Notes: a model not told the origin generated them from the sequence alone. A stretch of DNA of 43,319 nucleotides from Eubacteriales bacterium (GCA_045657125.1 JAZOSM010000002.1:1-43319); one strand, 5' to 3'. Shown: positions 1 through 8,115, counted from the first letter of the stretch. A program made the numbers and translations.

Positions 1-13
1 TCGTTCTTTTTTT

Positions 14-198
14 ATCCAAGCCGACAGGCTTGGTATATCATCAGCCTGTAGGGCTGTATATCATTACCGCACCTGTGCGGCGTATATCATCACGCGTAGC
101 GTGTATTTTTCTCGGCTTGATGATATAGAACTTCTTTCGAAGTTGATGATATGCAATTCCTTCGGAATTGACGATATACAACGGCAAGACGTTGATTT
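14..198. repeat. Hairpin-ladder element, copy A (3 forward TATATCAT linkers, 3 reverse ATGATATA-type linkers, 7 variable hairpins)
   Basis: Hairpins at 16-33, 42-56, 65-82, 91-103, 128-145, 154-170, 179-194. Linkers TATATCAT at 34, 57, 83 and ATGATATA/ATGATATG/ACGATATA at 120, 146, 171. Same architecture at 1067-1274 and 11443-11627. Confidence 0.9.
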
Positions 199-228
199 AT
201 AAAATTCAACCTCAGGTTGAAAAATATA

Positions 229-257
229 TTGAAAAATATTGGAAGATGTGATATAAT
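229..257 (+). promoter_or_regulatory. sigmaA-type promoter for histidine phosphatase gene
   Basis: TTGAAA(229-234)-17 bp-TATAAT(252-257) with extended -10 TG. Confidence 0.7.
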
Positions 258-301
258 GAGGCCACTAAATTGCGGAGCATACGGAAAAGGATATCAAGTA
301 T

Positions 302-991
302 ATGAAGATTTATTTTGTTCGCCACGGACACCCTGATTATGAAAACGATTGTTTGACAGAGCTGGGGCACAAGCAGGCCGTAGCCGCGGCAGAAAGATTA
401 AAGAATTGCGGAATCGAGCAAGTGTTTTCTTCTACCAAAGGAAGAGCTTTTCAAACCGCAGAGTATACTGCAAAAGCACTTGGTTTGCAGGTGATATCTT
501 GTGATTTTATGAGAGAAATAGGGTGGCGTTCAATTGACGGAGAGCCTATTTTGGCAAATGGACATCCATGGAGTCTTTCTGACATCTTTGCCTCCGAGGG
601 TAAAACTTTGACCGACAAAGAGTGGTACATGAAAGAGCCATATTGCAAAAGCAAGGTGGTAAGTTCTGCCGATGTCGTAAAAAAGGGGCTCGACGCGTGG
701 TTTGCCGAGCTCGGATATCAAAGAGAGGGAGAGTATTATCGAGTAGTTGGCGAAGCAACAGAAAAAACGGTTGCCATGTTCAGCCATGGTGGCTCTTCTT
801 CCGTAGCGTTGTCGCACATTTTGAACATCCCCTTTCCCCAAATTTGCGGCATTTTTCATCCTGATTTTACTTCAATTACTGTGGTTGAGTTTTCGGATAA
901 AATCGGAGAGCTTTTTTGCCCCGTACTGCTTCTTTTGAATGATGCACGGCATATAGAAGGTCTTGATAGCAAAAAAACATACGAAGAGTGA
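302..991 (+). CDS. Histidine phosphatase / phosphoglycerate mutase family protein
   Basis: N-terminal FVRHG motif, LTELGHKQA, SSTKGRAFQTA and C-terminal FSHGG; RBS AAAGGA upstream. Confidence 0.9.
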   Translation: MKIYFVRHGHPDYENDCLTELGHKQAVAAAERLKNCGIEQVFSSTKGRAFQTAEYTAKALGLQVISCDFMREIGWRSIDGEPILANGHPWSLSDIFASEGKTLTDKEWYMKEPYCKSKVVSSADVVKKGLDAWFAELGYQREGEYYRVVGEATEKTVAMFSHGGSSSVALSHILNIPFPQICGIFHPDFTSITVVEFSDKIGELFCPVLLLLNDARHIEGLDSKKTYEE

Positions 992-1031
992 GTCCTAAAA
1001 GGAAGTGGCATCTTTTTTGTCAACACGCGCC

Positions 1032-1066
1032 AAAAAAGAGATACTCAATTGAGTATCTCTTTTTTT
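1032..1066. terminator. Intrinsic (bidirectional) terminator directly upstream of element copy B
   Basis: Palindrome AAAAAAGAGATACTCAATTGAGTATCTCTTTTTT. Confidence 0.8.
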
Positions 1067-1274
1067 ATCCAATCCGAAGGATTGGTATGTAATCGCCGTT
1101 AGGCGTATGTAATCAGTTCGCTCTGCGAACTGTATGTCATCAAAGCATTAGCTTTGTATGTTTTTTCCTTCGGATTGATTACATACCGACTTTGTCGGAT
1201 TACATCCACGGCGTTGCCGTGATTACATACATTTTGTTACGAAAATGATTACATGCAACACTTCGTGTTGATTT
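1067..1274. repeat. Hairpin-ladder element, copy B (linker variant TATGTAAT / ATTACATA)
   Basis: Hairpins at 1069-1085, 1094-1105, 1114-1132, 1141-1156, central TCC-TTC-GGA, 1186-1198, 1207-1221, 1230-1247, 1256-1270. Linkers TATGTAAT/TATGTCAT at 1086, 1106, 1133 and ATTACAT(A/C/G) at 1178, 1199, 1222, 1248. Confidence 0.9.
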
Positions 1275-1296
1275 AGTGGCGGATTTCTGCTATACT
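1268..1296 (+). promoter_or_regulatory. sigmaA-type promoter whose -35 is the right end of element B
   Basis: TTGATT(1268-1273)-17 bp-TATACT(1291-1296) with extended -10 TG; RBS GAGGTG then ATG at 1316. Confidence 0.6.
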
Positions 1297-1315
1297 CTAA
1301 TTAAGAGGTGAGAGT

Positions 1316-1558
1316 ATGAAAGAAAATCTTTTGCTTAAATATGCCGAACAGTTGGCATTTCAAATTGAAATTTTATGCAAATCTTTAGAACGCAAAGACA
1401 ATTCTAATGTGATTTTTCAAATTCGTAAATCTTCTTCGAGTGTCTTTGCAAATATTACTGAAGCTCAATATCCTCAAAGTTTATCCGATATGCTTTCTAA
1501 ATTCAAAATTGCTCGTAAAGAGTGTGTTGAAACAGAAAGTTGGTTAAAACTTTTATAG
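1316..1558 (+). pseudogene. Four-helix-bundle protein (23S rRNA IVP / TIGR02436 / Avd-like family), C-terminally truncated
   Basis: QIRKSSSSVFANITEA...DMLSKFKIARKECVETESWLKLL matches the family consensus (QLxRSxxSxxANIxE...FxxKLxIAxKExxETxYWLxLL). Stops at 80 aa, lacking the last helix expected in ~110-120 aa members. Confidence 0.8.
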
Positions 1559-1580
1559 TTCATCCTTTATGTGGGAATAC

Positions 1581-1614
1581 AAAAGAGAACACTTCGTATG
1601 AAGTGTTCTTTTTT
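1581..1614. terminator. Intrinsic terminator after four-helix-bundle gene
   Basis: AGAACACTTC-GTAT-GAAGTGTTCT followed by T-tract. Confidence 0.75.
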
Positions 1615-1673
1615 GTCCAAATATGCAGACTGTATCTGTAAAGTTGATATAAAAAAAGCCGAGTTTTTTTCGG

Positions 1674-1703
1674 TTGCACTTTTTTAGAAAAATATGTTAT
1701 AAT
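1674..1703 (+). promoter_or_regulatory. Putative sigmaA promoter for anti-sigma operon
   Basis: TTGCAC(1674-1679)-18 bp-TATAAT(1698-1703) with extended -10 TG. Confidence 0.5.
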
Positions 1704-1805
1704 AGAAAAAAGGTTATTCGATCTTCTTTTCTTTGGAGTCTTGCAGGGGATGAAATTGTCGGTTCATCACGCAAAAAGATTCAGGAAAGATTGGAGGGAA
1801 AAATA

Positions 1806-2357
1806 ATGAAGGCTGAATGCAGTGTAATTTGTGATTTGCTTCCACTTTATGCGACGGATCGGGTAAGTCCCGAAACCGCAGAGTTTGTAAAAGCTCATTT
1901 GGAGGATTGTGCCGCGTGTCGGGCAGAGCTTGCGTGCTTGGGATCAGGAAAAAAATTATCCGAGATTGAGAAAAATCCTAACGAAATGGCGAGTGAGTCA
2001 AAGCCTTTTAAAAATTTCTTTAAAAGATTCAAGACACAGTTTCGCTATTTTGCGTATGCCGCTTTGATCTTTTTGATTTTTCTCGGCTTTAGTGCGACTT
2101 GCGGAGAAGACTTAATGTATAATACCTTGATTATGCCTGCCGTAGGTGTGATCGGTTACTACGTTTTCCGTGAAAAATCGATTTTTAAGGTTCCGCTTCT
2201 CCTTTTGACCATTGATACTCTTTTGTGGTTGCTGGATTACGTTGATCTTGATTTTTATTCCGTATTGTTATGGACGGTGATTTACACCTTTTTTATTGGC
2301 ATTGGAATTGCCATTGGATTTTTCCTGCATTTTGCATTCAGAAAGGAGAATGGCTGA
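1806..2357 (+). CDS. zf-HC2 zinc-finger anti-sigma-like membrane protein
   Basis: MKAECSVICDLLPLY...HLEDCAAC (HxxxCxxC) then about 4 hydrophobic segments. Start moved to ATG 1806 after RBS GGAGGG. Confidence 0.85.
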   Translation: MKAECSVICDLLPLYATDRVSPETAEFVKAHLEDCAACRAELACLGSGKKLSEIEKNPNEMASESKPFKNFFKRFKTQFRYFAYAALIFLIFLGFSATCGEDLMYNTLIMPAVGVIGYYVFREKSIFKVPLLLLTIDTLLWLLDYVDLDFYSVLLWTVIYTFFIGIGIAIGFFLHFAFRKENG

Positions 2358-3190
2358 TGAGAAATCGAATTTTGAAAATTTTCTCCTTTGTTTTTGCTCT
2401 GATTTTGATTGCAGGCGTACTTTTTATTTCAAATGCTTTTGCCGGGAATCCGATTTCAAAAGCACTTGCCACCAACGCCGCCCAAAAGCATCTTGAAAAA
2501 AATTATTCCGATCAGAATTTTTTGTTGGAAGACGTTTCCTATAACTTTAAGGATGGATATTATCACGGATTTGTTTATGATCCCAACAGCATGGATCGTG
2601 ATTTTAGCATTCTTATTGATATATGGGGTAAGGTGAGATACGATACCTATGAGGATCGTGTGCTTTCGGGCAGAAATACTGCCGATCGAATCAGTATGGA
2701 TTACAGAGCCGCTGTGGATACGGTTTTGGAAAGCAGAGTGTTTCCCTACAGCACAAACATCGGATACGGCGATTTCGAAATGTATCCCCGTGACCTTTCA
2801 GAAGATGAAACTGTTCCCGCGTATGCGCTGATTACCGATGATTTGATCATTGATTCTTTTTACGATGTGAATGAACTCGGTGCAAAGCACGGGAAACTTA
2901 CGATTTATATTGACAGCAAAACGGTTTCTTATGAGGAATTGTCCAAAATTCTCCTTGAAATCAAAAAAATGTTTGACGATGCGGGTGTAAAATTTTACGT
3001 AATTGATTGTGTGCTTGAATATCAGCCGGATCAGGATGGAAAGCGCAAAGAAGCCCGTGTCGAAGTGCGCGAATTTTTATATGCAGATATTTACGAGGAT
3101 GAAATGGTGCAGCGCGTAAAGGTTTCTGATGAAGCGGCACGTGCTTATTACAAAGAGCAAGATGCGGAGAAATCGGAAGAAATTCTATAA
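2357..3190 (+). CDS. Membrane-anchored YfjL-like protein
   Basis: TGA/ATG overlap with upstream gene and RBS AAGGAG; N-terminal TM helix followed by GNPISK...HLEKNY...YNFKDGYY. Confidence 0.6.
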   Translation: MRNRILKIFSFVFALILIAGVLFISNAFAGNPISKALATNAAQKHLEKNYSDQNFLLEDVSYNFKDGYYHGFVYDPNSMDRDFSILIDIWGKVRYDTYEDRVLSGRNTADRISMDYRAAVDTVLESRVFPYSTNIGYGDFEMYPRDLSEDETVPAYALITDDLIIDSFYDVNELGAKHGKLTIYIDSKTVSYEELSKILLEIKKMFDDAGVKFYVIDCVLEYQPDQDGKRKEARVEVREFLYADIYEDEMVQRVKVSDEAARAYYKEQDAEKSEEIL

Positions 3191-3240
3191 TCTATGCGCT
3201 TTTTATGCACCGGACTGCCTGTGGAAAAAGGAGAACTGAA

Positions 3241-4110
3241 ATGTATCAGGATATGTTTGGGGAAACGCGCTATAAAATCGGTCTGCATATTCATACGAAT
3301 TTGTCAGATGGACGCGTATCTCCCGAAGAATGTGGAAGAATCTATAAAGAGGCAGGATTTGACGCCATTGCCATTACGGACCATTGGAAATACGGCGCAG
3401 AGGGGGAGCTTTCCGGCTTGAAAATTTTTTCAGGCTGTGAGTATCACGTAGGCAATGCGGATACCGTGGAAGGCGTGATGCATATCGTCGGTGTCGGTAT
3501 GGACTCGGAGCCTGCGAATCTTACCCGTGAAAGTACCCGTCAAGAGATTATTGACGGAATCAGAAGCAGTGGCGGTATTGCAATATTTGCCCATCCTGCG
3601 TGGTCATTGAATGCCCCCGATCACGCCAAGGCTTTATCTGGCTTTGGCGCCTTGGAAATTTATAATACGGTTTCCGAATGCGGACAAAGCAACCGTCCGT
3701 ATTCCGGTTACCTTGTGGATCTTCTTGCAAACGAGGGGATTACATACCCGCTGATTGCAACGGACGATACCCATTATTACGCGGGAAGTGATGAAACAAA
3801 GGCTTATATTATGGTAAAAGCAAAAAGCCTTGATCAAAAATCTATTCTCGAAGCTATTGCAAATTGTGATTTTTACGCAACTCAGGGACCCGAACTTCAC
3901 GTCACCCGCCGTGGGGATAAAATTATTGTGCATTGCAGCGAATGCGAGACACTTGCTTTTATGAGCAACCGTGTCTGGGCACCCGATCGAATGAAGCGCG
4001 GTGCAGTAACTTATGCCGAATATCAGCTTACGGACGTTGAAAAATGGATTCGTGTGGAAGTAAAAGATAAAAACGGGCTTTATGCTTGGAGCAATATCAT
4101 CGTTCTTTGA
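3241..4110 (+). CDS. PHP-domain metallohydrolase (CehA/McbA-like)
   Basis: LHIHTNLSDG, AITDH, GCEY, AHP, ATDDTH motifs; RBS AAGGAG. Confidence 0.85.
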   Translation: MYQDMFGETRYKIGLHIHTNLSDGRVSPEECGRIYKEAGFDAIAITDHWKYGAEGELSGLKIFSGCEYHVGNADTVEGVMHIVGVGMDSEPANLTRESTRQEIIDGIRSSGGIAIFAHPAWSLNAPDHAKALSGFGALEIYNTVSECGQSNRPYSGYLVDLLANEGITYPLIATDDTHYYAGSDETKAYIMVKAKSLDQKSILEAIANCDFYATQGPELHVTRRGDKIIVHCSECETLAFMSNRVWAPDRMKRGAVTYAEYQLTDVEKWIRVEVKDKNGLYAWSNIIVL

Positions 4111-4148
4111 ACGGAATGATATAAAGCGAAAATATAACGGAGTAAAAT

Positions 4149-5060
4149 ATGAACGAAAAGATTTCAAATTTGGCGCAGATGGCAAGCTTGCGTCGCTACA
4201 CCATCGCCGAGGGCAGGGAAAAAGGTCTTGAGGTAATTGATTGTGATAACGGAACCATTCGCTTCCTGTTAAACGTGACCAAAGCTTGTGATATGATGCA
4301 GCTTTACCACAAAGGGCAGAATATGACCTTTGTATCCAAAAACGGATTTATAAAAAGAGAACTTCCTTTTGTAAATCGTTTCGAGGGCGGTATGCTCTAC
4401 ACCTGTGGTCTTGACAGTTGCGGAGAACGGGAGGGATTTGAGGAGCACGGTTCTTTTCATAATACCCCCGCGGAGATCTTGCGTGCAGAATGCAGTGAAG
4501 AAGGAATTGTAGTGGAGGCCTTGGTTCGAGATACCGCTATGGGCGGCAAGAACCTTGTCCTGCACCGTAGAATTACTACCGATCTCGGGGCATCGCAGGT
4601 TTCCGTAGTGGATCGTTTGACCAACCATGGCTTTTTTGATGAAAAATATTGCCTGTTGTATCACGTGAACTTAGGATACCCCTTGGTGGATGCTGATGCG
4701 AAAATCGTATGTGACTCCGCTGAGTGTATGCCTCGTACAGCGTGGGCAGAAAAGAATTTGGATTCGGCGTACCAAATCAGTGAACCTGCCCCGGGTTTTG
4801 AGGAAACCTGTTATTATTTGATGCCCAAAACCCCGAAAGTATCTTTGGTCAATGAAAAAATCGGGAAAAAGTTTACCGTCTCGTATTCCGCCGATACCTT
4901 GCCGCAGTTTCTGGAGTGGAAGAATATGACCAGCGGTGATTATGCCGTAGGGCTCGAGCCTGCTACCACAAAGCTGGATCATTTATTTGAACTGAGCACG
5001 ATCGGACACGGAGAGACTATCGAGTTTCGCGTGGTTCTGAACATCTGTGAAATTGAATGA
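4149..5060 (+). CDS. Aldose 1-epimerase-like protein (DUF4432 family)
   Basis: FEGGMLYTCGL, EHGSFHNTPA, LYHVNLGYP and GLEPAT motifs. Confidence 0.8.
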   Translation: MNEKISNLAQMASLRRYTIAEGREKGLEVIDCDNGTIRFLLNVTKACDMMQLYHKGQNMTFVSKNGFIKRELPFVNRFEGGMLYTCGLDSCGEREGFEEHGSFHNTPAEILRAECSEEGIVVEALVRDTAMGGKNLVLHRRITTDLGASQVSVVDRLTNHGFFDEKYCLLYHVNLGYPLVDADAKIVCDSAECMPRTAWAEKNLDSAYQISEPAPGFEETCYYLMPKTPKVSLVNEKIGKKFTVSYSADTLPQFLEWKNMTSGDYAVGLEPATTKLDHLFELSTIGHGETIEFRVVLNICEIE

Positions 5061-5128
5061 TTTGAACGGAAAAATTTACTGTTTTCACCATCCAACAGCG
5101 AAAAAAACTTGAGAAACAGGAGGTTTTT

Positions 5129-5983
5129 ATGCGTGCAAAAACAATTGTAAAAATTGTGGTGTTCGTCCTTTTGATCGCCTTGATCGTCGCGTTCGTCTAT
5201 TGGACGAAGTGGGAGAACACCATTCTCGAGAGCAATACGTACACGGTTTCAAGCACTCGTTTGCCGAAGGCATTTAACGGATACCGCATTGCACAGGTTT
5301 CTGATTTCCATAATCAGAAATGGGGCGAAGAAAACGAAACGCTTCTGACTCTGTTGGCGAAAGCCGAGCCTGATATGATAGCCTTGACAGGCGATTTGAT
5401 TGACTCTCGCGATTTGAATATTGAAATTGCGCTGGAATTTGCAGAAAAAGCAATGCAGATCGCTCCTTGCTACTACGTGACGGGAAATCACGAATCGAGA
5501 ATTTCTCAACTTAATGAATTGAAAGACGGCTTGGTCAAAGCGGGTGTGATTGTCCTTGAGGATCAGCAGGTGAAGATCGAAAAGGACGGAGAATCCATCG
5601 TTGTGATCGGTTTGAACGACCCTGCCTTTCGCACGGACGATTGGTTTGGAGATTCTTCTGCAGTTTTGGAAAAACAACTGCGAAATTTGAAAAAAGAGGA
5701 GCTTTATACAGTGCTTCTTTCCCATAGACCCGAAGCGTTTGACGTCTATGTGCAATACGACGTTGACCTGGTTCTCAGCGGACATACCCACGGCGGTCAG
5801 TTCAGACTTCCGTATTTTGGCGGTATTTACGTGCCGCAGCAAGGCTTTTTCGGAGAATACGACGCAGGTCTGTTCGCGCAGGAAAATACCAATATGATCG
5901 TCAGCAGAGGTGTTGGCAACAGCTCGATCCCGTTTCGAATCAATAATAAAGCCGAGATCCTCGTAATTGAACTTACAAACTAA
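5129..5983 (+). CDS. Calcineurin-like metallophosphoesterase (YkuE/YaeI-like) with N-terminal TM helix
   Basis: SDFH, TGDLID, TGNHE, SHRP, SGHTHGGQ, SRGVG motifs. Confidence 0.9.
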   Translation: MRAKTIVKIVVFVLLIALIVAFVYWTKWENTILESNTYTVSSTRLPKAFNGYRIAQVSDFHNQKWGEENETLLTLLAKAEPDMIALTGDLIDSRDLNIEIALEFAEKAMQIAPCYYVTGNHESRISQLNELKDGLVKAGVIVLEDQQVKIEKDGESIVVIGLNDPAFRTDDWFGDSSAVLEKQLRNLKKEELYTVLLSHRPEAFDVYVQYDVDLVLSGHTHGGQFRLPYFGGIYVPQQGFFGEYDAGLFAQENTNMIVSRGVGNSSIPFRINNKAEILVIELTN

Positions 5984-5986
5984 AAG

Positions 5987-6020
5987 AAAAGGATGTGTAG
6001 AGTTTCTACACATCCTTTTT
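5987..6020. terminator. Bidirectional terminator between convergent genes
   Basis: AAAAGGATGTGTAGA-GTT-TCTACACATCCTTTT. Confidence 0.85.
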
Positions 6021-6039
6021 ATCGTTTTGTTGCGGATTT

Positions 6040-7815
6040 TTATTTTTTCAGCTTGTTGCCGACAACGTCGCTCAAAATTTCCTTGAAGGCCTCGAGAGAG
6101 AGGGCGCCCAGATCTTCTCCGGAACGGTGACGAACGGAAATGGTACCGTTTTCCATATCCTTGTCGCCTACGATGATCATATAAGGGATCTTTTCCATCT
6201 GCGCGCCGCGGATCTTATAGCGCAGGGTATTCTGACTTTCATCAACGGTTACGCGATATTTGTCTTTGGCGAGGCTCTTTTTAATGGAGTCTGCATATTC
6301 TACCGCTCTGTCGGTAATGGGGAGAATACGAATCTGCTCGGGAGCCATCCACGTGGGCAGTGTGCGTGCATATTTTTTCAAAAGGTAAGCCAAGGTGCGC
6401 TCGTAGCAGCCAAGACTGGTTCTGTGAATGATATAAGGGAGCTTCTTCTGTCCGTCGCTGTCGATATAGTACATACCGAACTTTTCTGCGAGAAGCATGT
6501 CGATCTGAATGGTAACGATGGTATCCTCTTTGCCGAATACGTTCTTGTACTGAATATCAAGCTTCGGTCCGTAGAAGGCGGCCTCGCCGATACCGATTTC
6601 GTAGTTTACACCCAGATTGTCGAGAATCTTCTTCATCGTTTCCTGTGCGGATGCCCACTGCTCGGGAGTACCTTCGTACTTTGCAGTGTTTTCGGGATCC
6701 CACTGAGAGAAGCGGAAGGAGCAATCCTCCAGCATACCGACGGTTTCCAAGAAGTATTTGCACAGAGCAAAGCTGTCTGCAAATTCTGATTCCAACTGAT
6801 CGGGACGGAGAACCAAGTGACCCTCGGAAATGGTGAACTGACGAACACGGATCAAACCGTGCATTTCACCGGAATCCTCGTTGCGGAACAGGGTAGAGGT
6901 TTCGCCCAAACGCATGGGAAGATCGCGGTAACTTCTTGCTTGGTTCAGATATACCTGATACTGGAAAGGACAGGTCATGGGACGAAGTGCGAGACATTCC
7001 TTTTCATCGTTATCGGGATCACCCATAATAAACATACCGTCGCGGTAATGATCCCAGTGACCGGAAATCTTGTAAATATCACTCTTTGCCATCAAGGGCG
7101 TTTTGGTCAGAATGTAATCGTGCTCCTGCTCAACGTCCTCAACCCAGCGCTGCAAAAGTTGAATGACTCTGGAGCCCTTGGGAAGCAGAATGGGCAGACC
7201 CTGACCGATGGGATCTACCGTAGTAAAGTAGCCGAGCTCTCTGCCGAGCTTGTTGTGGTCGCGCTTTCTTGCTTCTTCACGGGCGGTAATAAAGGCATCC
7301 AGTTCTTCCTTTTTCTGGAAGGAAATGCCGTAAATACGCTGCAGCATCTTGTTCTTTTCATCACCGCGCCAATAAGCACCCGTAGCAGCCAGCAGCTTGA
7401 TTGCGTTTCCTTTTACTCTGCCGGTGGAATCCAAGTGAGGACCTGCACAAAGGTCGGTAAACTCGCCCTGCTTGTAGAAAGAAATTTCTTCATCTGCAGG
7501 AAGCTCGTTGATCAATTCAATTTTATAGGGCTCTGCAGCCATAAGGGTAAGTGCTTCTTCCTTGGGAAGGGTGAAGCGCTCGATTTTCAATTTTTCTTTG
7601 CAAATGGCTCTCATTTCGCTTTCGATCTCGGTCAATGCTTCGGGGGTGATGGAAGACTCAAGATCAATATCGTAGTACCATCCCTCTGCAATGGCAGGAC
7701 CGATGGCAAGCTTTGCTTCGGGAAATTTGCGTTTGATTGCCTGCGCCATAATATGAGAGCAGGTGTGCCAATAAGTCTTTCTGAATTCTTCGTTTTCAAA
7801 CGTGTATTCGCTCAT
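6040..7815 (-). CDS. thrS: Threonine--tRNA ligase (no N-terminal TGS domain)
   Basis: HTCSH editing motif, DLCAGPH, RDHNKLG, LRPMTCP, GLIRVRQF, FYGPKLD, IIHR; preceded by T-box. Confidence 0.97.
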   Translation of the reverse strand: MSEYTFENEEFRKTYWHTCSHIMAQAIKRKFPEAKLAIGPAIAEGWYYDIDLESSITPEALTEIESEMRAICKEKLKIERFTLPKEEALTLMAAEPYKIELINELPADEEISFYKQGEFTDLCAGPHLDSTGRVKGNAIKLLAATGAYWRGDEKNKMLQRIYGISFQKKEELDAFITAREEARKRDHNKLGRELGYFTTVDPIGQGLPILLPKGSRVIQLLQRWVEDVEQEHDYILTKTPLMAKSDIYKISGHWDHYRDGMFIMGDPDNDEKECLALRPMTCPFQYQVYLNQARSYRDLPMRLGETSTLFRNEDSGEMHGLIRVRQFTISEGHLVLRPDQLESEFADSFALCKYFLETVGMLEDCSFRFSQWDPENTAKYEGTPEQWASAQETMKKILDNLGVNYEIGIGEAAFYGPKLDIQYKNVFGKEDTIVTIQIDMLLAEKFGMYYIDSDGQKKLPYIIHRTSLGCYERTLAYLLKKYARTLPTWMAPEQIRILPITDRAVEYADSIKKSLAKDKYRVTVDESQNTLRYKIRGAQMEKIPYMIIVGDKDMENGTISVRHRSGEDLGALSLEAFKEILSDVVGNKLKK

Positions 7816-7829
7816 AATAACCTCCTAAG

Positions 7830-8080
7830 AAAAAAATCCCACCCCTGACCGTCGGTCAGGGGTGGGATAATCATAAACTATCTCACGGTTCCACCCTGAT
7901 TACAGGAAAAACCTGTCACTTTTTTTGCTGTTACGGGCAAACCCGTTCGACTTACTTGCAGATGCAATTCGCCGACTGCTCCGAGGTGGTAACGCGATCG
8001 TGTTCAATAATCAAGCTTTCAGCTAATGCTCGATCTCTCTGTAAATTCACGGAAAGCATCGTGTCCTCATCAATGCCGTT
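7830..8080 (-). ncRNA. T-box riboswitch leader (Thr, ACC specifier) with terminator
   Basis: Minus strand shows AGAGA and GCTGAAA stem-I motifs, ACC specifier (~7985-7990), T-box AGGGTGGAACCGTG (7884-7897) and terminator hairpin 7836-7868 with U-tract. Confidence 0.93.
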
Positions 8081-8086
8081 TGACAC

Positions 8087-8115
8087 ATTATATCACGGAG
8101 TTTTCCCTGTGTCAA
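8087..8115 (-). promoter_or_regulatory. sigmaA promoter of thrS leader
   Basis: TTGACA-17 bp-TATAAT on minus strand. Confidence 0.85.

Noticed and set aside
1021-1032. ACGCGCCA before the terminator as a tRNA 3'-end (att) remnant
   Set aside because: Match is too short to support, no T-arm is present, and no integrase is nearby.
14-1274. Ladder elements as CRISPR arrays
   Set aside because: Repeats are only 8 nt, 'spacers' are 12-21 nt palindromes, orientation flips midway, and there are no cas genes.
1316-1558. Diversity-generating retroelement suggested by the Avd-like gene
   Set aside because: No reverse transcriptase and no TR/VR pair with adenine-specific mismatches seen in the window.
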